A stretch of 64,000 nt of DNA from an uncultured Gammaproteobacteria bacterium (GTDB lineage: Bacteria > Patescibacteriota > Patescibacteriia > Magasanikbacterales > GWA2-37-8). Location of the stretch: contig CAYXJO010000005.1 in the NCBI GenBank assembly GCA_964465205.1, forward strand, positions 4,552 to 68,551, read 5' to 3'. Under the pieces are notes generated by a model. It had not been told where the DNA came from and made no database searches. It worked only from the letters and a program-made list of their open reading frames with translations. Positions within the stretch are counted from its first letter, which is position 1. Every line of letters begins with the position of its first letter. Both the position numbers and the translations under genes were made by a program. Shown one piece after another: positions 38,243 through 47,731 of the stretch.

Positions 38243-39291
38243 ACAAATTACTAGTTTTGGTATCAGCATTTTGTTTAGCTGGGATATTTGCTTGGCTAGT
38301 TAAAAACATTGCCGTTAAATTTAATATTGTCGACAAGCCATCAGCACCACGCAAAAAGCACGCTCGGGCCGTGCCGATGCTGGGAGGTCTTGCGATTTGG
38401 ACAGCGTTTTGGTTGGTAGTGGGTTACTTGGCTTTGTTTACCAATCTTATCGGCAAGCATTTGGCATTGGATAGATTGTTTTGGGTATTTGTTGGTAGTA
38501 TTGTTCTAATGATTGTCGGTGTTTTGGATGATAAATATTCTCTTGGCCCAAAATTACGTCTTGTCTTTAGTATTGTGGCGGTTTTGATTGCCATGGTAGG
38601 AGGAGTGGGGATTGAAAAAATTACCAATCCATTTGGCGGAATTTGGTATTTGGATTTTTGGCAAATTCATTTTGGAGAATGGGGTACGGTTTTGGTGTTT
38701 GCCGATATGATTGTTTTGCTGTGGATATTGGGAATGACCTATACCACCAAAATTCTAGACGGCTTAGACGGTCTCACTACGGGTATTTCCGCTATTGGTG
38801 CGTTGATGATATATTTTATTGCCAATGGTGCACGTTGGCACCAACCAGATGTAGCCTTGGTAGCATTGGTGTTTGCTGGCACTTGTTTAGGATTTTTACT
38901 TTTTAATTTTAATCCAGCCAAAATATTTCTAGGGGAAAGCGGCAGTTTGTTTTTGGGGTACATGCTTGGTGTGTTATCTGTAATTTCGGGAGGGAAATTC
39001 GCTACTGCGTTGCTGGTGATGGCTGTACCAATCTTGGATTTGGCATGGGTAATCGCTTATCGTCTGCGCCAAGGTCACGCTCTTAGTCGTGGTGATCGTG
39101 CTCATTTGCATTTTCGTTTGGTGGACGCCGGCTGGAGTCAGCGCAAGACTGTGTTGTTTTTGTATGCGATAGCTATTTTGTTTGGAGTATCCACCCTGTT
39201 TTTTCAAAGTAAAGAAAAAATTATAATTTTACTAACGCTCGTAGTTTTGGTATTTGTATTTGAGCGTTTAGTGACTAAGTGGAAAAAATAA
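38239..39291 (+). CDS. Glycosyltransferase family 4 polyprenyl-phosphate phospho-sugar transferase (MraY/WecA family)
   Basis: VPMLGGLAIW, VLDDKYSLGP, GLDGLTTG motifs and about 10 TM helices. Confidence 0.65.
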   Translation: MNKLLVLVSAFCLAGIFAWLVKNIAVKFNIVDKPSAPRKKHARAVPMLGGLAIWTAFWLVVGYLALFTNLIGKHLALDRLFWVFVGSIVLMIVGVLDDKYSLGPKLRLVFSIVAVLIAMVGGVGIEKITNPFGGIWYLDFWQIHFGEWGTVLVFADMIVLLWILGMTYTTKILDGLDGLTTGISAIGALMIYFIANGARWHQPDVALVALVFAGTCLGFLLFNFNPAKIFLGESGSLFLGYMLGVLSVISGGKFATALLVMAVPILDLAWVIAYRLRQGHALSRGDRAHLHFRLVDAGWSQRKTVLFLYAIAILFGVSTLFFQSKEKIIILLTLVVLVFVFERLVTKWKK

Positions 39292-39295
39292 TTTT

Positions 39296-39853
39296 ATGTT
39301 TTTATCCAAATCACAAAATACAGACGTTACCATAAAAAGATGGCATCGATGGGTTGTTGGAATAATAGTATTATTAACTATAGTAGTGAATTTGTATTCA
39401 TTTTATTGGCCGCGTGTGCGTGTGCAAATGGTTGGGCAGGACATACGAGTCGTGGTGGCCGATACCAATAAACATCGTTTGCGCGGTCTAAGCGGGCGAG
39501 ATGATTTTCGCAATACTGGCGGGTTATTGTTTGTATTTCCTCAATCCGGTATTCACACTATGGTCATGCGCGACATGAAGATGCCAATTGATGTGGTCTG
39601 GATAGCTACTGCATCGGATAACCACAAATGTCGGGTAGGATCGTATTTTAGGCAGCTATTTTTTGGTGTTCGACCCACTTGTAAAGGGGTGGTAGTTGAG
39701 ATTGCGCCCAATATTCAGCCGGAGCCGGGGAAAACAGAAATAGAGTTGAAAAAATATTTTTCTACCAAAAATTCCACAATGGTACTGGAATTACCGGCCG
39801 GTTGGACGGAGCAGAACGGATTGAAGATAGGGGATTTAGTGCAAGTGAGGTAA
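39296..39853 (+). CDS. DUF192 (COG1430)-like protein with N-terminal TM anchor
   Basis: GLSGRDDF...GLLFVFP...PIDVVWI pattern typical of DUF192. Confidence 0.45.
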   Translation: MFLSKSQNTDVTIKRWHRWVVGIIVLLTIVVNLYSFYWPRVRVQMVGQDIRVVVADTNKHRLRGLSGRDDFRNTGGLLFVFPQSGIHTMVMRDMKMPIDVVWIATASDNHKCRVGSYFRQLFFGVRPTCKGVVVEIAPNIQPEPGKTEIELKKYFSTKNSTMVLELPAGWTEQNGLKIGDLVQVR

Positions 39854-39923
39854 AATTTTAAAATTAATTTGGCTATAATTAGCCAAGAAAATGGCTTCCT
39901 GTGGATAAGTTGAGCACACCCTC

Positions 39924-39952
39924 TTGACAAAAGAGGGATTTTGTGTTATACT
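39924..39952 (+). promoter_or_regulatory. Consensus promoter TTGACA-17-TATACT with extended -10 (TGTGtTATACT) and a 7-bp palindrome CCCTCTT/AAGAGGG straddling the -35
   Basis: Direct read of ctcTTGACAaaagagggattttgtgtTATACT. Confidence 0.6.
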
Positions 39953-39958
39953 AATCAG

Positions 39959-40203
39959 TTGCGAAAATGTAAAACGCAATACGGTCTCCCTGTTTCATCG
40001 TGTAATGAAATAGGGAATGAAGCAATTGTAAACAATGAAAGGACCAACTAATGAGGTGAGCGCAGCGCGGAGCGCGCAAAAAATCCGCGGGTGGCACCCG
40101 CACCGGAAATAGCCAGAGGCGACATCGGCCTCGACGTCGAGCCTAGCTCCGTCAAAAGGGTGTATTTTACAGGGTGGCTTCGGCCGCCCTTCTTTATTTA
40201 TTA
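39959..40203 (+). ncRNA. Candidate small RNA / leader transcript (about 240 nt) between its own promoter and an intrinsic terminator, upstream of rplU
   Basis: No ORF. Several hairpins (GTTGCG/CGCAAT, CCCTGTTTCAT/ATGAAATAGGG, GCGGG/CCCGC, CTCGAC/GTCGAG palindrome). Ends in AGGGTGGC-ttcg-GCCGCCCT + TCTTTATTTATT (40171-40203). GC-rich relative to flanks. Confidence 0.45.
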
Positions 40204-40210
40204 TCTGCTA

Positions 40211-40239
40211 TTGACATTTTTAGAGAGTTTTGGTATGAT
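40211..40239 (+). promoter_or_regulatory. Second promoter TTGACA-17-TATGAT immediately before rplU
   Basis: ttgacatttttagagagttttggtatgat. Confidence 0.5.
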
Positions 40240-40274
40240 AATCCCACTGTAAATCAATTAAATTCACTATATAT

Positions 40275-40580
40275 ATGTACGCAGTTATTGCTACCGGCGG
40301 AAAACAATATTTGGTTAAAACCGGTGAAACTATCAAGGTAGAAAAATTGGCTGTCAAAGAAGGCGAAAAATTCGCTTTTGACAAAGTGCTTCTTACTGCC
40401 AAAGATGATGGTACCGATGTCAAAGTCGGCACCCCATATTTGGAAGGAGTATCAATTGAGACCAGCGTGATCAAACAGGGTAAAAATCGTACTTTGTTGG
40501 TAGAAAAATTCAAAAACAAAGTTCGCTATCACAAAACCCACGGTCAACGCCAGAGATTTACGGAAGTGAAGATTGGATAA
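40275..40580 (+). CDS. rplU: 50S ribosomal protein L21
   Basis: MYAVIATGGKQYLVKTGETIKVEKL is the canonical L21 N-terminus. Confidence 0.9.
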   Translation: MYAVIATGGKQYLVKTGETIKVEKLAVKEGEKFAFDKVLLTAKDDGTDVKVGTPYLEGVSIETSVIKQGKNRTLLVEKFKNKVRYHKTHGQRQRFTEVKIG

Positions 40581-40590
40581 AATACAAATT

Positions 40591-40670
40591 AAACAGCGGA
40601 TACAATATATTTTAGTGCCCAAGCTCCCTGCGGTCGAAGGGCACATAAAACATGTTGTATCCGCTGTTTT
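40591..40670. repeat. Long-hairpin element copy A (outer stem AAACAGCGGATACAA/TTGTATCCGCTGTTT, inner conserved TATATTTTAGTGCC ... GGGCACATAAAACATG)
   Basis: Second copy at 63410-63510 shows compensatory stem changes; a T-run follows. Confidence 0.6.
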
Positions 40671-40681
40671 GTTTAATTTTT

Positions 40682-41284
40682 TTATTTTCTATTTTTCAAC
40701 GCACTTCCGAGTGTGATTTCGTCGGCGTATTGCAGATCCGATCCCATTGGCAGTCCACGCGCCAGGCGTGTTATTTTTATTTTAGGATTAATTTTTTTGA
40801 TATTTTTTTCCAAATACATCGCCGTAGTTTCGCCTGGCAAGTCTGGATTTAGAGCCAAAATAATTTCAGTGACTTTTATTTTGGCCATTGGGTGACTGCG
40901 TTTCAGTAATTCGCGGATTTTTACTTTGGCGAAGTTTTCTTCGTTATCTACTTCTAACACACCGCGTAGTACGTGGTAAACGCCGTTGAACTGGTCGGTC
41001 TTTTCGATAGCCGGTACATCTTGGGGGTCGGCTACTACACACACGGTGGCATGATCGCGTTTCGTATTGGCGCAAACTGGGCAGGGGGTAGAGTCGGCGA
41101 AGTTCCAGCACAGTTCACAGCTTTTGGTGTTTTTGAGTAGTTCGTCCAATGCCGCTCGTAATTCGTTCACTTCGCCCTTGCCGGATTTAAGCAATCGAAA
41201 AACATACCGTTCGGCCGTGCGTTCGCCCACCGACGGTAGCTTTTTAAAGGCATTGATGAGATTAGTGATCGAGCGGGAGTACAT
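40682..41284 (-). CDS. recR: Recombination protein RecR
   Basis: MYSRSITNLINAFKKLPSVGERTAERY (HhH), C4 zinc finger CELC...CPVC, Toprim. Confidence 0.9.
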   Translation of the reverse strand: MYSRSITNLINAFKKLPSVGERTAERYVFRLLKSGKGEVNELRAALDELLKNTKSCELCWNFADSTPCPVCANTKRDHATVCVVADPQDVPAIEKTDQFNGVYHVLRGVLEVDNEENFAKVKIRELLKRSHPMAKIKVTEIILALNPDLPGETTAMYLEKNIKKINPKIKITRLARGLPMGSDLQYADEITLGSALKNRK

Positions 41285-41365
41285 AGAAATAATAAGTCGA
41301 TTATATATGTGTCGTAGCGACACTGCGAAGCACAAGGAGCGAGGCGCATGTATAATCGGCGCATG

Positions 41366-41680
41366 TTATTTCATCCCCGGCAAATTCAAACCATCGAGTC
41401 CGCCCATTTCTTGCATTTTTCCAGCCATCACACGTTGCATTTTTTTGAGCGCTTCGGCGTGAGCTTCTTTGAATCCGTTTTGGAGCCTTTCTTTTTTGTC
41501 GGGCGATAATAGCTCATCATCAATTGCGAGTCCGGTGATTTGCAGATTACCGTCCATGGTTAGCACGATTTTATCGCCAGCAGCGCGCACGGTGATAGAT
41601 TCTTTACCCAATACATCCTGTAATTTTTTGCTTTGGTCGCGTAGATCCTTGAACTGTTTGAGCTTTGAAAACATTGACAT
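41366..41680 (-). CDS. ybaB: Nucleoid-associated protein YbaB/EbfC
   Basis: 104 aa; ...QITGLAIDDELL... and C-terminal GLNLPG typical of YbaB. Confidence 0.8.
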   Translation of the reverse strand: MSMFSKLKQFKDLRDQSKKLQDVLGKESITVRAAGDKIVLTMDGNLQITGLAIDDELLSPDKKERLQNGFKEAHAEALKKMQRVMAGKMQEMGGLDGLNLPGMK

Positions 41681-41681
41681 A

Positions 41682-42857
41682 TTATTTTATGTTAATATTT
41701 AAATTTTGATATTTATCTTTGGCAAACTCTGTCTCGAGTTTGTGACTGATTTGGGTGATCTCATCACTGTACTTATCTTTTAGTTGTCCCCACGTTAGTT
41801 TTTCTATGAGGCTAGCAGACAATATACTTAGAAAATTTTCAAGGACCCCAGCTTGTAGTAGGTATTTTTTTACCAACGCAGTACCTTCTAGATATTGTTT
41901 AGCATCACTGATTTGTCCGCTGTCCCAATCGTTTCGTAGTTTTTCTAGTTCTTCATTCATCTCACGACGCATGTGTTTGTATTCTGGGCCAATTTCTTTG
42001 AGATGGATTTCACCGCGTCTTTCCAGGGGTAAAAATTTTTCTAAAAATTCTTCGATTGGTATGTATCCTGCCGCGGCTGGATAGGGCATTTGACCAGCTT
42101 CAAGTAATTGTTTGACACGTCTTTCATTTATTTGCCCATTACGATCCATAAACTGTAACCATACGTGCATGCCGTTTTGTGGTATCGGGCTGTCAACCGG
42201 GTGGAATCCGAGTATTTGTGTACGCGGATGACTAAGTAACCAAGAAGTCCCAATTACCGCTCGTGTTTGAGGGTATTTGTCTACAATTATTTCCGCTAGT
42301 TTGCTAAGTGATTGAAATACGTCTTGATCGTTTAAATCAGCCTTACCACTTTTGAAAAAAGGTTCGAAATGCACGTCTATAAATTCGTCTTCATTTGAAT
42401 AGCCAGCAGTGTGCGCCCAAGGTAAATCGCTTTTGGGATTGTATTTGATTAATCCAGCGGACATGTTTGGATCATGTTCGTGTTCTTTTGTTGGTAGCGG
42501 TGGCCATTGATTTTCAGCCTCGTCGATTAGTTTTTTTATTTCTTGTTGCCAATTTTTAGCATGATCGGAATGTATTTGATTGACTTGTTCTTCTATTTTT
42601 TGCATGTATTCCCAAGTCGATGGCAATGTGGCATCATTATGCCTGGCCAAACTATAACGATCTTGTAGTTTGTTGAATAGAGGACTATTTTTGTATAGTA
42701 TATCACCAAAATTTTCATTTCCTGTTTCTTCCATTAATTTTTCCGCATACAAAAACATTACATCACTAAGACGTTCTTTGTAGCTCTCCATATGCCTTTC
42801 GAAGTCAGTTGCTTCAATTGGTTTGAATATCTCGGGTGAAATACTTCGATGTTCCAT
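41682..42857 (-). CDS. Hypothetical protein (391 aa) in the dnaX position of a dnaX-ybaB-recR-like operon but without AAA+ motifs
   Basis: No Walker A/B seen; acidic and Trp-rich; co-directional and 1 nt from ybaB. Confidence 0.35.
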   Translation of the reverse strand: MEHRSISPEIFKPIEATDFERHMESYKERLSDVMFLYAEKLMEETGNENFGDILYKNSPLFNKLQDRYSLARHNDATLPSTWEYMQKIEEQVNQIHSDHAKNWQQEIKKLIDEAENQWPPLPTKEHEHDPNMSAGLIKYNPKSDLPWAHTAGYSNEDEFIDVHFEPFFKSGKADLNDQDVFQSLSKLAEIIVDKYPQTRAVIGTSWLLSHPRTQILGFHPVDSPIPQNGMHVWLQFMDRNGQINERRVKQLLEAGQMPYPAAAGYIPIEEFLEKFLPLERRGEIHLKEIGPEYKHMRREMNEELEKLRNDWDSGQISDAKQYLEGTALVKKYLLQAGVLENFLSILSASLIEKLTWGQLKDKYSDEITQISHKLETEFAKDKYQNLNINIK

Positions 42858-42866
42858 AGATTATTT

Positions 42867-44381
42867 TTAAAACGCTGGCTCTGGCCCTGGTGCACGTGGT
42901 GCTGGAGGTGATCCGGCCGGCCTGGCGAAAGCGGATTTGGGTTTTAGGGCCGGTGCCGCGTTAGTGCTGCCACCACCACTTGGGGCATGAAATTGTTTGT
43001 CCAAATTACGAAAACTGGTAGTCGGTTCGTTGAAGATCATTTTTACCATGCCAGTCGGACCGTTTCTGTGTTTGGCGATATGCACCTCGGCCAAATAACG
43101 TTCGTCGGGTGGAATATCTTCTAAGCGATAGTTGCGGTCGGCTGCTTTGCGGTAGATAAATAATACCACATCCGCGTCTTGTTCGATAGATCCGGATTCA
43201 CGCAAATGTGAAAGTTTTGGTATGGCAGGCTTGCTTTGTTCTACTGTACGAGAAAGCTGGGACAGTGCGAGCACTGGCACATTTAGTTCACGCGCAATAC
43301 CTTTGAGACCGCGAGTAATTTCGGCAATTTCTTGCACGCGATTTTCTTCCCGCCCCTTGCCGCGCGATTCCATAAGTTGCAAATAGTCGATAACAATTAG
43401 TCCTAATCCGTGCTCCATTTGCAAACGACGAGCTTTGGTGCGGATTTGCATGACATTAATATTTGGAGTGTCATCGATAAAAATTGGTGCTTCAGAAAGT
43501 ATACCCATAGCATGGCCAATGCGTGGGAAGTCGTCGGATTCGGGACGATCAGATAGTCGGCCGGTACGCATGCGCCACAGATCAATATTGGCTTCGGCGC
43601 AAAGTAAGCGATCCACTAACTGTTCCTTGCTCATTTCCAAAGAAAACATACCCACGGCAGTTTTTTGTTTGGTGCCCACATGACGCACCATATCCAAAGC
43701 CAAAGAGGTTTTACCCACACTAGGGCGAGCGGCCAAAATGACCAGGTCGGATTTTTGTAAACCGGCAAGCAAATTGTCCAAATCAGCAAAACCGGTAGGT
43801 ACGCCACGCAGTTTACCTTTATTGCGGTGTAGTTCGTCGATACGATCAAACGCCCCAGCCAACACACCGCGAATAGGTGTAAAGGCTTGTTTCATATACA
43901 CCTGCGAAACGCCAAAAATTTGTTTTTGAGCGTCATCAAGAATTTTTTCTACATCACCATCGTCTTCCTGAAAACTGAGACGAGTAATTTCTTGCGAAGC
44001 GGCCAGTAGTCGGCGACGTGTAGCCTTGCGGTGAATGATTTCCGCATAATGATTAGCATTGCTAGCCGTAGGCACGGCGTTGGATAATGCAGCCAAATAA
44101 GAACGTCCGCCCACATTTTCCAAAATTCCTTTTTCTTCCAAACGATTGGCGAGAGTGAGTAGGTCGATCGGGTCATTTTTGGAATATAGTTCTACAAATA
44201 TTTCATAGATACGACGGTGACCATCTTTATAAAAATCTTCCGCACTCACAATATCTGCCACGCGTAACATGGCATCTTTATCTATTAAAACCGAACCTAG
44301 TAGCGACATTTCTGCCTCTAGGTTTTGTGGGGGTATTTTTTCGATTTCGGTGATATCTGACATAGCTAAGTCATTGTACAA
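42867..44381 (-). CDS. dnaB: Replicative DNA helicase DnaB with Pro/Ala-rich GC-rich C-terminal tail
   Basis: N-terminal IPPQNLEAEMSLLGSVLID, Walker A ARPSVGKTSLALD, Walker B LIVIDYLQLM. The last ~40 aa, GGGSTNAAPALKPKSAFARPAGSPPAPRAPGPEPAF, are encoded by strikingly GC-rich DNA. Confidence 0.85.
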   Translation of the reverse strand: MYNDLAMSDITEIEKIPPQNLEAEMSLLGSVLIDKDAMLRVADIVSAEDFYKDGHRRIYEIFVELYSKNDPIDLLTLANRLEEKGILENVGGRSYLAALSNAVPTASNANHYAEIIHRKATRRRLLAASQEITRLSFQEDDGDVEKILDDAQKQIFGVSQVYMKQAFTPIRGVLAGAFDRIDELHRNKGKLRGVPTGFADLDNLLAGLQKSDLVILAARPSVGKTSLALDMVRHVGTKQKTAVGMFSLEMSKEQLVDRLLCAEANIDLWRMRTGRLSDRPESDDFPRIGHAMGILSEAPIFIDDTPNINVMQIRTKARRLQMEHGLGLIVIDYLQLMESRGKGREENRVQEIAEITRGLKGIARELNVPVLALSQLSRTVEQSKPAIPKLSHLRESGSIEQDADVVLFIYRKAADRNYRLEDIPPDERYLAEVHIAKHRNGPTGMVKMIFNEPTTSFRNLDKQFHAPSGGGSTNAAPALKPKSAFARPAGSPPAPRAPGPEPAF

Positions 44382-44481
44382 GATTGGTTATTTGGGCGCA
44401 ATAGTTTGCCTGGGGAAAAAGTGTGGAGAGAGTGTGCAGTAGTTGTGATTATTTTTTAGGTCTTCTCATATTGATAAAATT

Positions 44482-46686
44482 ATGGCACAATATCTTGGTA
44501 TGATCCGTAAATTGTCTACCGAATTTTTTGGTTTAGCAATATTGGCTATTTTAATATATTTCAACATTGATCGTTGGCACAGTTTTTGGCTGGGCGGATT
44601 TTTGTTTTTGGTTTATTTGTTGGTTTTGGGCACATATTACCGTCGGGTACTGACCAAATTTTTTAATTTTTTGGACAAGACCACCACTGTGTTTGTAGGT
44701 GCGTTTCTTGGTCTGTTTATTTTTGCGGGATTAAGTGGTGTGGGGGTGGTATTTTATCGTTTGGACGCTGCGGTTATTGCTGGTGCGATTTTTATTTCTG
44801 GTGCGTTGGGTAGTGTATCGCACGAATGGGCCGAACGAGCTCGTCGTGCCCACACCGAAGTTTCCGATTTGGATGATAATATAGCCAAAGAACAAATTCC
44901 TAATGTACATTTTGGTGCTTTAGTGTTTTTGGTATTAACAGCTTACGGATTTTATTTATTAGCGCACTCGGTCACTGGTACGGCCATTGATACGCCATGG
45001 TGGGCTATTCATCCGTATTTTTTGTATGTCTTTATAATAGCTACCCTAATTATAGGTGTATTAGTCTTCTCACAATTACGCGCTCGCACCATCTTGTTGT
45101 TGTTAATAATTTATACATTTTTGCTACATTCGTATTTGCCTCTGACACATGAATTGTTTTACGGCGCAGATCAGTGGCGTCATTTGGCGGCTGAGAGCCG
45201 TATTGTGCAAGGGCTCAATCCAGGCACGGTATCTATCGAAAGTGCTGATACGCCATTTTTTCTTTCCAGTACGCCCGGGTCACTTTTCTATAGTCAGTTT
45301 TGGGGGTTATCGGTGGCATTGGGGCAAGTTTTACAAGTGGATTTAATTACGATTGCCAAATGGCTTTTGCCAATTATTTGGTCGATTATATTTCCGTTAT
45401 TAGTTTACAATATAGGTTTACGAATTTTTTTGCATAAAAAATTGGTTTTATTTTTAATCTGGCTAACCGCTTTGCCGTTTGCGCTGACAGTAAGCGGTTC
45501 ACTCACTTTGCCGTCCAATCTAGGGTTTTTGTTTTGGTTGTTGACCATTGTGTTGATATTGTCTCGGTTGAAAGAAAAAAGATATGAACAAATAATTATT
45601 TTATCTATTTTGGGAATTTTTTCTGTTTTTGGATATGGCTTGTATTTGCTTTTATTTATCGGTGCGTGGATATTGGCCGAAATATTGTCTGCTAAATTTT
45701 TTATAAAACATAAAAAATATTTAGCTTGGATGTTAGGAGTGGGTGTGGCAGTAGCTTTGCCAACGGTTGAATTGGTTGTGAAATATAGTGAATGGGGGAG
45801 TAGGTTTGGTTTTTGGGGCGGTATAAAACAATTTTTTGGGAATTTCACCGCGTGGTATTTGGCTACCGGCCCGCGCCCGCACACTATAGACACCGGTAAT
45901 GTGTTTTTTAATCAGGTGCCCGCCGCGGCTTTTGTTGCCAATTTTTTTAATCAGGATTTATGGTGGTTGGTAATATTGGCAAGTACGATACTCCTTATGG
46001 GCTTAGTTGGATTGGTAGTTGCTTTACGCAGTCGTGATAGTCGCCATCAATTTTTTGCGTTTTTGTTTATTGCTTTGTTCGGCGGTTATTTTGTTTGCCG
46101 TTATTTGCTCAGCGGGGCCAATATTATTTCTCGTCGACTAGATGCACCACTCGCGTTTTTGATAATAGTGTTAGTGATGTTAGCTGCCCAAACAATCTGG
46201 TTGAAATATTTTGAAAAGATTCAAAATTGGCAAAGACGCACAGTGCTATTAATTTGTATTGCAGTCTTGTCTATTGGAGTAGGTGTTTCGTATAGTTTGG
46301 GACCGAATTTAAATACCACCTCCACTGATGCCTGGCGAGCTATGAAATATGTGTACGAACAGACTACAATGTATGTAGGCGCTCCGTGCGTTTTGGCCGA
46401 TACCTATCCTTTGTTGGGTTTGGAGTATTTGTCTAGCAAAAAAATAGTGGGTGGGGGGTTCCCAATGGGTGATAATTTCTCTCAAGTTGAACGAGTGAAA
46501 CTGTTTGAGAGTATGAAGTCTGATCCTGCCGCCGATATTTTTGTCCGCGCTCACGGAATCACGGGCGCCAATATTTGTTATTTTGTAGTAGGTAGTAAAG
46601 AAATAAAGTACAACGGTTATACTTATCGCGAGAGTGATGGTTGGAAATTGTTTGGTGATTATATTGTTTGGAAGAATGTTAAATAA
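44482..46686 (+). CDS. Large polytopic membrane protein (734 aa), possible GT-C-like glycosyltransferase/polymerase
   Basis: More than 12 hydrophobic helices plus a C-terminal soluble domain; no motif confidently recognised. Confidence 0.3.
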   Translation: MAQYLGMIRKLSTEFFGLAILAILIYFNIDRWHSFWLGGFLFLVYLLVLGTYYRRVLTKFFNFLDKTTTVFVGAFLGLFIFAGLSGVGVVFYRLDAAVIAGAIFISGALGSVSHEWAERARRAHTEVSDLDDNIAKEQIPNVHFGALVFLVLTAYGFYLLAHSVTGTAIDTPWWAIHPYFLYVFIIATLIIGVLVFSQLRARTILLLLIIYTFLLHSYLPLTHELFYGADQWRHLAAESRIVQGLNPGTVSIESADTPFFLSSTPGSLFYSQFWGLSVALGQVLQVDLITIAKWLLPIIWSIIFPLLVYNIGLRIFLHKKLVLFLIWLTALPFALTVSGSLTLPSNLGFLFWLLTIVLILSRLKEKRYEQIIILSILGIFSVFGYGLYLLLFIGAWILAEILSAKFFIKHKKYLAWMLGVGVAVALPTVELVVKYSEWGSRFGFWGGIKQFFGNFTAWYLATGPRPHTIDTGNVFFNQVPAAAFVANFFNQDLWWLVILASTILLMGLVGLVVALRSRDSRHQFFAFLFIALFGGYFVCRYLLSGANIISRRLDAPLAFLIIVLVMLAAQTIWLKYFEKIQNWQRRTVLLICIAVLSIGVGVSYSLGPNLNTTSTDAWRAMKYVYEQTTMYVGAPCVLADTYPLLGLEYLSSKKIVGGGFPMGDNFSQVERVKLFESMKSDPAADIFVRAHGITGANICYFVVGSKEIKYNGYTYRESDGWKLFGDYIVWKNVK

Positions 46687-46723
46687 TTAGGTTTAATAAT
46701 TTATTCAAATTAATCAATAATTT

Positions 46724-47125
46724 ATGTCCGATTGTTTATTTTGCAAGATCGTTGCCGGAGAAATTCCGTGCTACAAAGTCTACGAAGATGATTGCGCGCT
46801 TGCGTTTTTGGATATTCACCCGTGTTCTAAAGGGCACACGGTAGTGATCCCCAAGAAACATTTTACGAATATAGAGGCGATGGATATAGAAAATTGGAAA
46901 TATGTCGCGGCGGCAGTGAAAACAGCGGCCGATCGAGTGAACCAGGTGGTAAAATGCGAAGGCATGAATGTTGGTTTAAACAATAACCCAGTAGCTGGCC
47001 AAGCAGTGTTGCATTTACATTGGCATATTATTCCACGTTATTATAATGACGGCGGTGGCAATATGCATTCCATAGTGCGCACTACAGACGCAGGCGACGT
47101 TGGTGCCTTGGCCAAGCAATTTTAG
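46724..47125 (+). CDS. HIT-family nucleotide hydrolase
   Basis: Histidine triad HLHWHIIPR; CLFCKI N-terminus. Confidence 0.8.
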   Translation: MSDCLFCKIVAGEIPCYKVYEDDCALAFLDIHPCSKGHTVVIPKKHFTNIEAMDIENWKYVAAAVKTAADRVNQVVKCEGMNVGLNNNPVAGQAVLHLHWHIIPRYYNDGGGNMHSIVRTTDAGDVGALAKQF

Positions 47126-47129
47126 TATT

Positions 47130-47690
47130 ATGAATCGTGATCAATTCTACAAAAAACAGAGCAAAGAAATTATTCACGAAAATCCGTGGTGGAAATATGT
47201 TTGTGAAAAATATAAAACCCCAAATGGAGAATTGTGTGATTATTTTTATGGAGAAACTAACGGCAATGTAATGGTGGTGCCGGTTTTGCCGGATGGCCGA
47301 CTAGTGCTGGTTTCACAATATCGTTATTTGAGAGACAAAATGAGTGTGGAGTTGCCCGGTGGTGGTATCAAGCCGGGTGAGTCCACTCGTGCGGCCGCAC
47401 TGCGTGAGCTACAAGAAGAAACCGGCTACCACACCGATGAATTGACCATGATTGGTAATTTTGAGCCGGATATTGGTTTGGTAAAAGACGAAACTCATGT
47501 TTTTTTGGCTTTGAATGTTGAATTAGTTGGCCCGGCTAATCCCGATAATACCGAAATTTTGGAGACTATTTTGCGTCGTCCGGACGAATTTGATGAGATG
47601 ATCAGACGGGGAGAGGTTTGGGATGGGCAAATTTTGGCAGTCTGGGCGCTGGCGCGTGATTATATTAAACAGAGATACGAAATTAGATAG
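47130..47690 (+). CDS. NUDIX hydrolase
   Basis: Nudix box GGGIKPGESTRAAALRELQEETGY (GX5EX7REUXEEXGU). Confidence 0.8.
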   Translation: MNRDQFYKKQSKEIIHENPWWKYVCEKYKTPNGELCDYFYGETNGNVMVVPVLPDGRLVLVSQYRYLRDKMSVELPGGGIKPGESTRAAALRELQEETGYHTDELTMIGNFEPDIGLVKDETHVFLALNVELVGPANPDNTEILETILRRPDEFDEMIRRGEVWDGQILAVWALARDYIKQRYEIR

Positions 47691-47696
47691 AGTCAG

Positions 47697-47725
47697 TTAC
47701 AAATTTTATAATTTTGTGCTATAAT
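47697..47725 (+). promoter_or_regulatory. Promoter TTACAA-17-TATAAT (extended TGTGcTATAAT); -10 ends 6 nt before the ATG, implying a leaderless mRNA
   Basis: ttacaaattttataattttgtgcTATAATatccgcATG. Confidence 0.45.
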
Positions 47726-47731
47726 ATCCGC

